Below, piece after piece: positions 1 to 12,679 of a DNA stretch of 64,000 nt; the first letter of the stretch is position 1; each line of letters opens with the position of its first letter. Position numbers and translations under genes: made by a program. The notes beneath the pieces are model-generated. The model was not told where the DNA came from and did no database searches. It saw nothing but the letters and a program-made list of their open reading frames with translations. The stretch spans positions 496,001-560,000 of the forward strand of contig NW_027590217.1 of assembly GCF_964213995.1 (NCBI RefSeq), in the 5' to 3' direction. This DNA comes from Mustelus asterias. Taxonomy: Eukaryota.

Positions 1-496
1 TTTTTTTAACAGCGGAAGTGGACTTAGGTCCTTAACTGAGGGCCTCAATATTCCTTAAGGCGAAAGGCCCAGTAGGTGACTTACCCAGCCCCCATTTTAT
101 GGCCAGCAGGTAGGGGTGGGTGGGAAGAAGGTGGGCAGGGCACCCAATGTATTTTACCTGCCACCGCCCACCAAAGACATAATACAGGTGGGGGGGTGCT
201 GTAAAATCCAGACCACAATATACTCTGATTTCAGTGTCCAAGAGTAGCTTGGTAGCAACAGCACTGACTGACTGGCATTCTTTTGTATGCTGATGAGTCC
301 ATGATGACAAACTTCAGCAACATGTTTCCCTTTTCAGCAACCCCCACATACCCGGTACAAGGTGCACCCTGCTGATTTCAAAATAGAAAATGCTGTAAAA
401 ATTCAGCAGGTCTGGCAGAAAACATGGAGAGAGAGAAAAGAGTGAATGTTTCCAGACCAAATGAGTTGAAGAGAGGTATGTGAAATTGTATTGTGA

Positions 497-702
497 TGTG
501 GAGATGCCGGTATTGGACTGGGGTGGGCACAGTAAGAAGTCCCACAGCACCAGGTTAAATTCCAACAGGTTTATTTGGAATCACGAGCTTTCGGGACACT
601 GCTCCTTCCTCAGGTGACTCATATGCTGAAGGAGCAGCGCTCCGAAAGCTCGTGATTCCCAATAAACCTGTTGGACTTTAACTTGGTGTTGTGAGACTTC
701 TT
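497..702. mobile_element. Short palindromic non-autonomous Penelope-derived element
   Basis: Two inverted copies of the terminal sequence seen in the 29.4-30.5 kb element; flanking duplication aaat(t/g)gtattgtga at 483-496 and 703-716. Confidence 0.8.
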
Positions 703-1124
703 AAATGGTATTGTGACAGTGTATTCTCTTGCTATCTGATCCTGGGAGTATATTACCGTATATCTGCTCCGAGGGTATGTCTTACACTGTTTGAAATTGG
801 AAATTCCCAAGGGGTTTTCTACACTCCCATCACCTCCACTATCTGGTTTTGGGATGTATTCCTGCAATGATTGCACTGGAAGGGATGCCTTCAAACATGG
901 GACTGGAACATCACCAACATTTGTGATCTATTCCACCACTCTTTGTATTGCGTGTCATCCCCTTCTTCCAGTATCTGTTCCAATATTAGTGGAGAGAATT
1001 CCTCCCATATATAGTCCTGGGGTGTGTTCCCCCGATATCTCATCCTGGGATGTATTACCGCAGTACCTGGTCCTTGGGTGCATTCCCACACTGTTTGATT
1101 TGGAGAATTCCCAACTTCTCTATT

Positions 1125-1955
1125 CAAATGCAGTAAGGTCTGGACAATATCCAGGCTCCGGCTGACAAGTGGCAAGTAATATTCACACCACACAAATGCC
1201 AGGCAATGACCATCACCAATAAGAGACACTCTAACCACCGCCCCCTGACATTCAATGGTGTTACCATCACTGAATCCTCCACTGTCAACATCCTGGGGGT
1301 TACCATTGACCAGAAACTCAACTGGACTCACCACATAAACACAGTGGCTACAAGAGCAGGTCAGAGGCTGGGAACATGACGGCGAGTAATTCACCTCCTG
1401 ACTCCCTGAAGCCTGTCCACCATCGACAAGGCACAAGTCAGGAGTGAGATGGAATACTCCCCACTTGCCTGGATGGGTGCAACTCCAACAACACTCAAGA
1501 AGCTTGACACCATCCAGGACAAAGCAGCCCGCTTGATTGGCACCACATCTACAAACATCCACTCCCTCCACCACCGATGCTTAGTAGCAGCAGTGTGTAC
1601 CGTCTACAAGATGCACTGCAGCAATTCACCAAAGATCCTTGGACACCTTCCAAACCACAACCACTTCCATCTGGAAGGACAAGGGCAGCAGATACATGGG
1701 GAACACCACCACCTGCAAGTTCCCCTCCAAACTACTCACCATCCTGACTTGGAAATATATCGGCCGTTCCTTCACAGTCACTGGGTCAAAATCCTGGAAT
1801 TCCCTCCCGAGAGGCATTGTGGGTCAACCCACAGCACGTGGACTGCAGCGATTCAAGAAGGCAGCTCACCACCACCTTCTCAAGGTCAACAAGGGATGGG
1901 CAATAAATGCTGGCCAGCCAACGACGCCCATATCCACGAATGATTTTAAAAAAAC
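1125..1955 (+). mobile_element. Second non-LTR family (CR1/L2 group) 3' fragment; further pieces near 6335-6555, 8060-8410, 12190-12450, 27730-28380
   Basis: KAQVRSEMEYSPLAWMGATPTTLKKLDTIQDKAARLIG...HSLHHR; tail gggatgggcaataaatgctggcc. Confidence 0.8.
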
Positions 1956-2099
1956 CTGGTTTTGGGATGTATTCCTGCCATGACTAAACTGGAAGGGATT
2001 CGTTCAAACATGAAACAGGAACACAGTCCAGTATCTTTTTTTGTTTCCTGGATGTGAGTGTTGCCTGCTAGTCCAGTCTTGAAGCCGAGTTGCCCACGA

Positions 2100-2475
2100 C
2101 AAGCTCTTCATTCCAGGGATCATTCTTGTGAACCTCCTCTGGACCCTTTCCAAGGCCAGCACATCCTTCCTTAGATATGGGGCCCAAAACTGCTCACAAT
2201 ACTCCAAATGGGGTCTGACCAGAGCCTTATACAGACTTAGAAGTACATCCCTGCTCTTGTATTCTCGCCCTCTCGACATGAATGCTAACATTGCATTTGC
2301 CTTCCGAACTGCTGACTGAAACTGCACGTTGACCTTAAGTGAATCTTGAACAATGACTCCCAAGCCCCTTTGTGTTTCTGATTTCCTCAGCATTTCCCCA
2401 TTCAGAAAATAGTCTTTGCCTCCATTCCTCCTTCCAAAGTGATAACCTCACACTTTTCCACATTGTATTCCATGA
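2100..2475 (-). mobile_element. CR1 ORF2 fragment
   Basis: [41 protein letters not shown]. Confidence 0.9.
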
Positions 2476-2489
2476 TTCTGTGACTCGAT

Positions 2490-5400
2490 CTCATTCTCTC
2501 TGGAGATGTCCCGTAACTTAGAAAGTCATCAAGGAGTCATTTGTGAAAAGGATGATGTCCTTATCCATTGGTCTACAAGGGAGGAGTTTTCCACCAGACA
2601 GATCGTAAAATTGAATTCAGTCAATAAGATAATCTGGAATTAAGAGTCTAATGATGACCATGAAACACTTGCCAATTGTAAAAGCCCATCTTGTTCACTA
2701 ATTTCCTTCCGAGGGAAGGAAATCTGCCACCCTTACCTTGTCTGGCTTCTATGTGACTTCAGATCCACAACAATGTGGTTGACTCTTAAATGCCCTCTGA
2801 AATGGTCTAGCAAGCCACTCAGTTCAAGGGCAAGTCAGGATGGGCATAAATGCTGGCCCAGCCAGCGACACCCACACCCCATGAATAAATTTTTTTTAAA
2901 TGACCATGGAGTTTTGGGAGGTTCTCAAGGCTCCATAAGAGGCAGGTTTCACTTCAAATGACAAGTGTGAATTCACCCAAACCACCATCAGATTTCATGG
3001 GCAGATCATTCCAAGTCAGGATGTCATCACTGACTCTGAAAATCAGCAATTCCCCAAAGTATTTCCCAGATGTCCAGAGGTTCCTCAGAATGGTAAATCA
3101 GGTTGGCAAATTTATCCCAAATCGAACCCCCATCGCTGAACCTCTAGGAGACCCTCAATGAAACGGCAAATCAATGTATTAAAGGAAGGCTGGTCTTCTG
3201 ACATGGACTGGCACATTACAATCCAGCATTGCCCACAGTGGTGACTGCCAGTGCATCCTTAACTGGCCTTGGAGCTGTTCACATTCAGGTACGGACAAAC
3301 TGTAACAGGAATTTGATTTGATTTGATTTATTATTGTCACATGTATTAACATTCAGTGAAAAGTATTGTTTCTTGCGCGCCATACAGACAAAACATACCG
3401 TTCAGAGAGAGGGAAAGGAGAGAGTGCAAAATGTAGTGTTACAGTCATAGCTAGGGTGTAGAGAAAGATCAACTTAATGCAAGATAAGTCCATTCAAAAG
3501 TCTGACAGCAGCAGGGAAGAAGCCGTTCTTGAGTCGGTTGGTACATGACCTCAGACTTTTGTATCTTTTTCCCGAAGGAAGAAGGTGGAAGAGAGAATGT
3601 CCGAGGTGCGTGGGGGGGTCCTTAATTATGCTGGCTGCTTTTCCCCGAGGCAGCGGGAAGTGTAGACAGAGTCAATGGATGGGAGGCTGGTTTGTGAATG
3701 GATTGGGCTACATCCACGACCTTTTGTAGTTCCTTGCAGGGCAGAGCAGGAGCCATACCAAGCTGTGATACAACCAGAAAGAATGCTTTCTATGGTGCAT
3801 CTGTAAAAGTTGGTGAGGGTCGTAGCTGACATGCCAAATTTCCTTAGTCTTCTGAGAAAGTAGAGGCGTTGGTGGGGCTTTCTTAACTATAGTGTCGGCG
3901 TGGGGGGGACCAGGACAGGTTGTTGGTGATCTGGACACCTAAGGACAGGTTGTTGGCGATCTGGACACCTGAACACTTTGTCTCCAGAGCAGCAACAGGT
4001 ACAGAGCAATGTTAGGCCACCAGAGAAAAGGAAGCACTGATGGTGTATGGGCCATTAGGAGTTTCTCTGAGTGCCTGATGGGCTTAGCCTTCCACATTGA
4101 GACTGATCCCAAACCCCTTATTCGCCTCTTGAATTCCACGGATAACGTCAAAATGATGTTCTCAAAGGTTCCACCTTCGGTTGGTGTGTTCCCAGAACAC
4201 AGCTGTGTACTTTCCAGGAATGTCACAAACTGTGGCTGAAGCCCTTTCCAGAGACTTCACACTTCGTAGAATCCCTAAAGTGCAGAAGGAGGCCATTCGG
4301 CCCATCGACTCTGCACTGACCTCAATCCCACCCAGGTCCTATTCCCATAACCCCATGCATTTACCCTAGCTAGTTCCGCTGACACTAAGGGGCAATTTAG
4401 CATGGCCAATCCACCTAACCCGCACATCTTTAGACACTAAGGGGCAGTTTAGCATGGCCAATCCACCTAACCAACATGTCTTTCGGACTGTGGGAGGAAA
4501 CTGGAGGAAACCCACACAGACACGTGGAGAATGTGCAGACTCCGCACAGACAGTGATCCAAGCCTGGGTCCCTGGCGCTGTGAAGCAGCAGTGTTAACCA
4601 CTGTGCCACCATGCTGCCCTTGTCTCTGAAGTGGAAACATTCTCTTCAATCATAATGAACATCTTGCTGAACTCCTCCAGAACGGTGAGATTTCCAAAGA
4701 GCACGAAAAAAGGACGTGGAATGTCCCCAACTCTGAGAACTCTGCCAGGAAGGTTCATGTCAATATAGTTCTGTGGAGCAGCTACGCCCATAAAGAGCAT
4801 GAACAGCGCAGACACAGAACGATAGGGAATGGCCTCTTGTGTTGTGATCACTGCCTGGCCATTCCTAAGTTCATGCAGGAAGAGATCGTCCATTGGCTCC
4901 ATGGAGGCCACAGGGGACAACAAAATGAAGAGTATGTGCACTGCAGTCGTTGTGGTGGCCGGGCTTTACACAGGCTGTCTGAGATTGGGATCTCTCCACC
5001 CCACTTTCAAAATTAACAGCCGGACAACCACAGTGCCCCTGGTACCATCCCACTTCCCAGACACAACTCGGCAGAAACTTGGCTCAACCTCTTTGATCAT
5101 CGAGCTAAGACATACCTCATAGTTTTTAAAGTTTTAAAGTTTACTTATTTGTCACGAGCAAGGCTTACACTGCAATGAAGTTACTGTGAAAATCCCCTGG
5201 TCACCACACTCTGGCGCCTGTTCATGTCCAAAGATGTGTAGGTTAGGTGGATTGGCCTTGCTAAATTGCCCCTTCGTGTCAGGGGGACTAGCTAGGGTAA
5301 ATGCGTGGGGCTATGGGGATAGGGCCTGGGTGGTATTTTGTTTGGTGCAGACTCATAGAAATCATAGAAACCCTACAGTGCAGAAGGAGGCCATTCGGCC

Positions 5401-6300
5401 CATCGAGTCTGCACCGAGCACAATCCCACCCAGGCCCTACCCCCACATATTTACCCGCTAATCCCTCTAACCTACGCATCTCAGGACTCTAAGGGGCAAT
5501 TTTTAACCTGGCCAATCAACCTAACCCGCACATCTTTGGACTGTGGGAGGAAACCGGAGCACCCGGAGGAAACCCACGCAGACACGAGGAGAATGTGCAA
5601 ACTCCACACAGACAGTGACCCGAGCCGGGAATCGAACCCGGGACCCTGGAGCTGTGAAGCAGCAGTGCTAACCACTGTGCTACCGTGCCACTCGATGGGC
5701 TGAATGGCCTCCTTCTGCACTGGTGATTGGAATCGGTCGGACGTAGTTGTCGATTACTACTCTTGGTGGGGCAGCACGGTGGCACAGTGGTTAGCACTGC
5801 TGCCTCACAGCGCCAGGGACGTGGGTTCAATTCCCGGCTTGGGTCACTGCCTGTGCAGAGTCTGCACTTTCTCCCCGTGCCTACGTGGGTTTCCTCCGGA
5901 TCCCCTGGTTTCCTCCCACAGTCCGAAAGATGTGCTGATTAGGTGCATTGGTCATGCCACATTCACTTGGTGACACAGTGGTTAGCACTGCTGCCTCACA
6001 GTGCCAGGGACCCGGGTTTGCTTCCCGGCTTGGGTCACTGCCTGTGTGGAGTTTGCACATTCTCTCCGTGTCTGCGTGGGTTTCCTCCGGGTGCTCTGTT
6101 TCCTCCCACAGTCCGATAGCCGTGCTGGTTAGGGTGCATTAACCCAAACAGGCACCGGAGTGTGGCGACTAGGGGAATTTCACAGTAACTTCATTGCAGT
6201 GTTAATGTAAGCCCACTTGTGATGCTAATAAATAAAGTTTTTTAAACTGGTGATTGGAATTGGTCAGACTCCACACCACTACCGCTGAGTTTCTGATGTA
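2490..6300 (+). mobile_element. Highly degenerate Gypsy-type LTR retrotransposon pol, fragmented by later insertions
   Basis: Collinear motifs: DDVLIH (2552), KCEF, DVQRFLRMVNQVGKFIPN (RT); ASLTGLGAV, EKEAL, FHIETDPKPL, AEALSR (RNase H); IPKFMQEEIVHWLHGGH..QSLWWPG (integrase zinc-binding); VVVDYYSW (5745, integrase core). Confidence 0.8.
3311..3975 (-). mobile_element. Rex1/Babar-type LINE 3' fragment
   Basis: TLTNFYRCTIESILSGCITAWYG; 3' end ...gtgacaataataaatcaaatcaaatcaaat. Confidence 0.85.
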
Positions 6301-6641
6301 ACAGGAGAGCCCTGATTTCAGTTCTGTCCGCAAGACCACAGGCTGCCTGATACCATCGATCAGACACTGAACTGGACTCGCCAGAAAACATAGTGGCTTC
6401 CAGAGCAGGTCAGAGACTCCTGCAGCGAGTAACTTCTCACAACTCCCCAAAGCCTGTCCACTATCCACAAGACAAAGTCAGGTGTGTGATGGAATACCCT
6501 CCACTTGCCTGGATGAGTGAAGCCCCAACAAAACTCAAGAAACTCAACACCATCCTAAAACTAGAGGGCATAGGTTTAGGGGAGGGGAGAGATATAAAAG
6601 GGTTCAGAGAGTCAAGTCTTTCACACTGAGGGTGGTGAGTG

Positions 6642-6983
6642 GGGCGGCACGGTAGCACAGTGGTTAGCACTGCTGCTTCACAGCTCCAGGGTCCTGGGTT
6701 CGATTCCTGGCTCGGGTCACTGTCTGTGTGGAGTTTGCACGTTCTCCTCGTGTCTGCGTGGGTTTCCTCCGGGTGCTCCGGTTTCCTCCCACAGTCCAAA
6801 GATGTGCGGGTTAGGTTGATTGGCCAGGTTAAAAATTGCCCCTTAGAATCCTAAAATGCGTAGGTTAGAGGGATTTGCGGGTAAATATGTGGGGCTAGGG
6901 CCTGGGTGGGATTGTGGTCGGTGCAGACTCGATGGGCCGAATGGCCTCCTTCTGCACTGTAGGGTTTCTATGATTTCTATGAT
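6642..6983 (+). mobile_element. HE1-type tRNA-derived V-SINE, representative full copy with CR1-like tail (more than 20 copies in window)
   Basis: A box tagcacagtgg, B box ggttcgattcc, central gtgggtttcctccgggtgctccggtttcctcccacagtcc domain, tail gggccgaatggcctccttctgcactgtagg..(tctatga). Other copies near 4266, 5355, 5768, 8944, 11422, 14724, 21106, 24160, 25464, 26206, 27156, 31617, 33133, 55330, 56262, 58058, 62398. Confidence 0.9.
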
Positions 6984-7284
6984 GAGTGTCTGGAACAAGC
7001 TGCCAGAGGTAGCAGTAGAGGCGGGTACAATCTTGTCTTTTAGAAAGCATTTAGACAGTTACATGGGTAAGATGGGTACAGAGGGATATGGGCCAAACGT
7101 GGGTATTTGGGACTAGCTTAATAGTAAAAACTGGACAGCATGGAGAGGTTGGGCCGAAGAGCCTGTTTCCATGCTGTAAACCTCGATGACTCGATGACCA
7201 TCCAAACAAAGAAGCCCAGTTGATCAGCACCCCATCCACAACCATTCACTCCCTTACCATTGACTCACAATGGCAGCAGTCTGC

Positions 7285-8060
7285 ACCTTTTGGAAGATCA
7301 AATTTAAGTATGAATTATAGTGTAAATGGCAGAGCCCTGAGGGACATTAACATACAGAGGGATCTGGGCGTGCAGGTCCACAGTTCCCTAAAAGTGGCAA
7401 CACAGGTGGCCAAGGAGATTAAGGCGGCACATGGCATGCGTACCTTCATCAGCCAGGGCATTGAGTACAAGAGTTGGGAAATCATGTTGCAGCGATATAA
7501 AACCTTGGTGAGGCCGCATTTGGAGTATTGCGTGCAATTCTGGTCACCGCACTACCAGAAGGATGTGGAAGCTTTGGAGAGAGTGCAAAGAAGGTTCACC
7601 AGGAAGTTGCCTGGTCCCGAGGGTGTCGGCTATGAGGAGAGGTTGAATAAATTAGGATTGTTCTCACTGGAAAGACAGAGGCTGAGGGGAGACCGGATAG
7701 AGGTCGACAAAATGATGAGAGACACAGACAGGGTGGATAGTCGGAGCTATTTCCCAGGGTGGAAGTGTCAAGGGGGCACAGGTTCAAGGTGAGATGGAGA
7801 AAGTTTAAGGGAGATGTGTGGGGGAGGTTTTTCACGCAGAGAGCGGTGGGTGCCTGGAACGCACTGCCAGAGGAGGTGGTGGAAACAGGCACATTAGCAA
7901 CATTAAAGAGGCATCTGGATGGGTCCATGAACAGGGAGGGAATAGAGGGATACGGACCAAGTAAAGGCAGAAGGCTTTTTTTTAGTTTAGTTAGGGTATC
8001 TTGATCAACACAGGCCTGGAGGGCCGAAGGGCCTGTTCCTGTGCTGTACTTTTCTTTGTT
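7285..8060 (+). mobile_element. CR1 3' fragment including 3' UTR, nested in another LINE
   Basis: RDLGVQVHSSLK...[23 protein letters not shown]...; tail gggccgaagggcctgttcctgtgctgtac. Confidence 0.9.
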
Positions 8061-9109
8061 CTACAAGATGCACTGCAGGAACTCACAATGTCTGCTCAGA
8101 TAGCACCTTTCAAACCCTGGACCACTACCATCTCGAAGGACAAGGGCAGCAGACACGTGGGCACGCCATCACCTGCAAGTCCCCATCCAAACCACACTTC
8201 ATTCTGACTGGGAAATATATTGCTGTTTCTTCACTGTCGCTGGGTCAAAATCCCGGAACTCCCTCCCTAACAGCACTGTTGGTGTACCTACACCTCATGG
8301 ACTGCAGCGGGTTCAAGAAGGCAGCTCACCATCACCTTCTCAACTGCAACTAGGGATGGGCAATAAGTGCTGGCTGAGCCAGTAATGCCCACATCCCAAG
8401 AATCAATGTTTAAAAATTAATTTAATATTTGACACAGTTTTGTCAATGCCTCGAAGGAAAGAAATTCTGTTCCCTTTGTTTCTAAACTCTTTACAATGTG
8501 GGGTGGTGAATGGGATGCGGAAAGCACAATATCCACACATCAGTGTTTTATTTTCTTTAAACATATTACATTGGACCTTTATCCACTGTGTTCATTTTAT
8601 TATAATACGGAGACAGAAAACTCCATGTTGCCATGCATTATGATTTTACATTATTTCACCTCATCTCTCTCTCTCTCTCTCCCTCTTTATCTTCCTCTCT
8701 CTGTCCCTTCTCCCCTCCCTCCCTCTCTATCCCCATCTCTCTCCCTCTTGCTCTTCCTCTCTCTGGCCCTCCCCCTCTACCTCCATCTCTCTCTGTCCCT
8801 TCCTCTCTCTCTCTCTCCCTCCCTCTCAAATTCCATCTCTCCTTTCTCTTCCTCTCTCTGTCCCTTCCCTCTCTCTCTCCCTCCCTCTCTATCTCCATCT
8901 CTCTCCCTCTGTCTCTCCCAGTCCCCCTCTCTCTCCCTGTCTCGTGGTTAGCACTGCTGCCTCACAGCGTCAGGGACCCGGGTTCGATCCCAGGCTTGGG
9001 TCACTTTCTGTGTGGAGTTTGCACACTCTCCTCATGTCTGCGTGGGTTTCCTCCGGGTGCTCCGGTTTCCTCCCACAGTCCAAAGATGTGTGGGTTAGGT
9101 GGATTGGCC

Positions 9110-10420
9110 ATGCTAAATTGACCCTTCGTGTCAGGGGGATTAGCAGGGTAAACATGTGGGGTTATGGGGATAGGACCTGGGTGGGATTGTTGTCGGTGTC
9201 AGCTCGATGGGCTGAATGGCCTCCTCCTGCCCTGTAGGGATGCTATGATTCTCTGAAATAAATTCTGTTACCTTTGTTTCTGAACTTATTCCAATGAGGG
9301 ACGGTAATTGAGATGAAGGATACACAATAACCACACATCAATGTTTTATTTTCTTTTAAAGTACCGCATTGTACCTTTATTGACCATTTCCAATTTATAA
9401 TACGTGTACAGAAAATTCCATGTTACCATCCACTGTGGATTTTATATTATTTTATATCCTCTCCCTCCCTCTCTCTCTCTGCCTCTCAATCTCTCTCCCT
9501 CCTCTCTCTCTTTCCCTGTCTCACTCTCTCTCCCTTTCCCACCCCACCTTCCCTTCCTATGTCCTTTCTCCCCCCACCCCACACAGCACAGAGACAGAAG
9601 CTGGGATTCCCGGCTCGGCTGCACTTTGTACAAACAGGCTGCCCCGGGCAGTCGGCTGAAATGAGAGAAGCAAAGAGCACAAAACAGGAAGCAGGCGGCC
9701 AGGCTGTTTCTGTGAGCGATGGAGTGTGTAAGGTCAGCATTCATTCATCTCATTGACTGAATTTGGAGATGGAGGATGTGTGGGGGTGGGAGGGGCTGCT
9801 GTTGCTCAGGAACAGATTGTGTTGTCTGGGAATCAATGCTGGAGCTGCCTGTCTCACACACATTGCTGCGATAGGTGGAAATAAATTGTAATATAGTGGG
9901 AGAGAGAGAGAGAATGAGGAGGGGGGAAAAGAGGGGAGGACTGTGCTCTTCTGGAGTGGGAGAGAGAGAGAGGCAGGAATTAGAGGAAAGGAGATTAAAT
10001 GGAATTGGAAGAAAGAGAGAGGGTGAAAGAGATGGTAAGAGTGTGTTATAAAGTGGGAAAGAGAGAGAGAGAGGGAGAGGAATTAGAGGGATAACAAAGT
10101 GGAAGAGAGGTGGAATGAGAGAAGAATTAGGGAGAAGAGTAAGTGTGGGAGACAGAGAGAGAGAGACAGCACAAAAGGAAGTTGACTCAATGATGATATA
10201 GAGTTGAAGAGAGAATGAGAGGGAAGACTATTCTCTTGGAATATGAACTCCACTGGATTTTATTTGAATTGATCCGTTAATAGATTGTATTGTGATTGAT
10301 TTATCAGTTGTGAATTGTATTCCCCAGTCTTGTGTATTGAAATATATTCAGGTAAATTCCACTGAGACGTGGTTCCTATTCACATTACTGGCGGGAAGTT
10401 GAATTTCCACACACTGGGAA
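9110..10420 (+). repeat. Local segmental duplicate, copy 1 (paralogous to ~24348-26000; diverged third copy ~32060-33130)
   Basis: Near-identical non-transposon sequence at 9250-9980 and 24488-25220, seen by direct comparison. Confidence 0.93.
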
Positions 10421-11169
10421 TTGCCCCCCCCCCTATTTGTTCTGGGGTATATTTCCCATGTATTGGGACTTGGGATGTATTTTTCCAATAACACTCGGGC
10501 AACACCCCATGAACAGGCCTGTGGTACCTTCCCTATTTGTGGTCCTGGGCTGTATTCCCACAATATCTGTTTCTTGGATGCCTTCCCACTGTCTGTTCAT
10601 GGGCGTATCCCCCCTTTGAATACACTGCAGGGATATTCCCTCACCTTTGGCACACTTGGAATCTCCCACAATATCCGGCCTGGGGTGTATCCTTCCAGAG
10701 ATTATACTGAGGTAGAGATGGTGGGGACGGGTGTTCCTTTAATATGTGACTACAAATCACACACAATACCCAAGCCAAAGTTGTGTTCCCCCAGTACTGG
10801 GTTCTCGGTGTGTATGGCCCCTCTGTGTTTGCTGGGGGAATTCTCTCTGTATACGAGTTGTAATATCCCACAATATCCATTCATGAATTTTATCCCCAGT
10901 ATCTGATCCCGGATTTCTCTCCCTGGATTTGTTTCTTGTGTAAGTTCAACCTATATTTATTCCTGGGATGAATTGTCCCATTGATAATGGGAGGTACCCA
11001 CACATATGGGATTGGGAACCTCTGCACAATGTCTGTGGCTGGGTTTGTTTTCTGTTTGATTAGCACCCCAGATCCAATCTTAAACATTCCCTCCATTCAC
11101 CACCGGCGCACAATGCTGCAGTCTGAACCATTTACAAAATGCAGTGAACTAACTCACCAAGCCTTTTTC

Positions 11170-12170
11170 CATAGAATCCCGACAGTGCAGAGAGAGACCA
11201 TTCAACTCATCGAGTCTGCATTTATTCTCCAAAAGAACATTCCACCGAGGCCCTCCCCTCTGCCCTATCCCCGTAAGTCCGCACACTTACCACACTAATC
11301 CATCTAACCTACACACCTTTGGACACTAAGGTGCAATTTAGTATGGGCAATCCATCTAACCTGCACATCTTAGGACACGAAGGGGCAATTTAGCATGGCC
11401 AATCCACCTAACCTACACATCTGGGGCAGCATGGTGGCACAGTGGTTAACACTGCTGCCTCTCAGCGCCAGGGACCCGGGTTCGATTCCTGGCTTGGGTC
11501 ACTGTCCATGTGGAGTCTGCACGTTCTCCCCGTGTCTGCGTGGGTTTCCTCCGGGTGCTCTGGTTCCCTCCCACAGTCCAAAGATGTGCGGGTTAGGTGG
11601 ATTGGCCTTGCTAAAGTGACCCTTAGTATCGGGGGATTAGCTTGGGTAAATGCATGGGGTTATGGGGATAGGTGGGATTGGGGTCGGTGCAGACTCGATG
11701 GACCGAATGGCCTCCTTCTGCACTGTAGGGATTCTATGATCTTTGGATACTCGGGCAACTTATTATGGCTAATCCACCTAACCTACACATCTTTGGACAC
11801 TAAGGGACAATTTAGCATGGCCAATCCACCTAACCTGTACATCTTTGGACACTAAGGGACAATTTAACATCTAAGGAGCAATTTAGCATGGCCAATCCAC
11901 CTCACCTATACATCTTTGGACACTAAGGGTCAATTTAGCATGGCCAATACACCTAACCTACACATCTTTGGACACTAAGGGGCAGTTTAGCATGGCCAAT
12001 CTACCTAACCCACACAAATCTGGACTGTAGGAGGAAACTGGAGCACCCGGAGGAAACCCACGCAGAGAGAACGTGCAAATTCCACACAGGCTGTCACGCA
12101 AGCCCGGAATTGAACCTGGATCTCCAGGGTTGTGAGGCAGCAGTGCGAACCACTGTGCCACCATCCCGCC
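11170..12170 (-). repeat. HE1-type SINE with an internal ~52-bp unit expanded in tandem and an inverted SINE nested at 11422-11741
   Basis: Repeated ggacactaagg(g)gcaatttagcatggccaatccacctaacctacacatcttt. Confidence 0.85.
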
Positions 12171-12679
12171 CCAACAATACCCCCAAACCTGAGATCTCTA
12201 CCAGCTAGAGGAACAGAGGCAGCAGACACATGGGAAGACCACCATCTTCCACGTTACACAGAATGGTGACTCTGAACTATATCCTTCACTGTTGTCAGAT
12301 CAAATCCTGGAATTCCCTCTGTAACAGCACAGAGCGTTTGCCTGCACCACACGAACTGCACTGGTTCAGGAAGGCGGCTCACTGCCACCTTCTCATGAAC
12401 AATAATGGATGATCAACAAATCCAGGCCTTAATGGCGCTCACATCCTATGTACAAGTTAAACAAGTGTAATGCTGATAATGAAACTTGCTCCCCTGGAGG
12501 GAGTCAGTCCCAACCGCACCAACCTTTTAGAAGCCTGCATCGTTCCAGAAAACCAGTTGGGGGTGGGCTAAACAGGCTCAGGGTCAGACCACCGTTCCTC
12601 AGTGGACAGGAAGTCTCACCTTCCAGAGCTACCAGCCAATCTGAGTGGGGACTGTCAGGAGACAAAGGAAGAAGATTTT

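Noticed and set aside
6642-6715. tRNA genes
   Set aside because: The A/B boxes are SINE heads continuing into SINE bodies; no complete cloverleaf.
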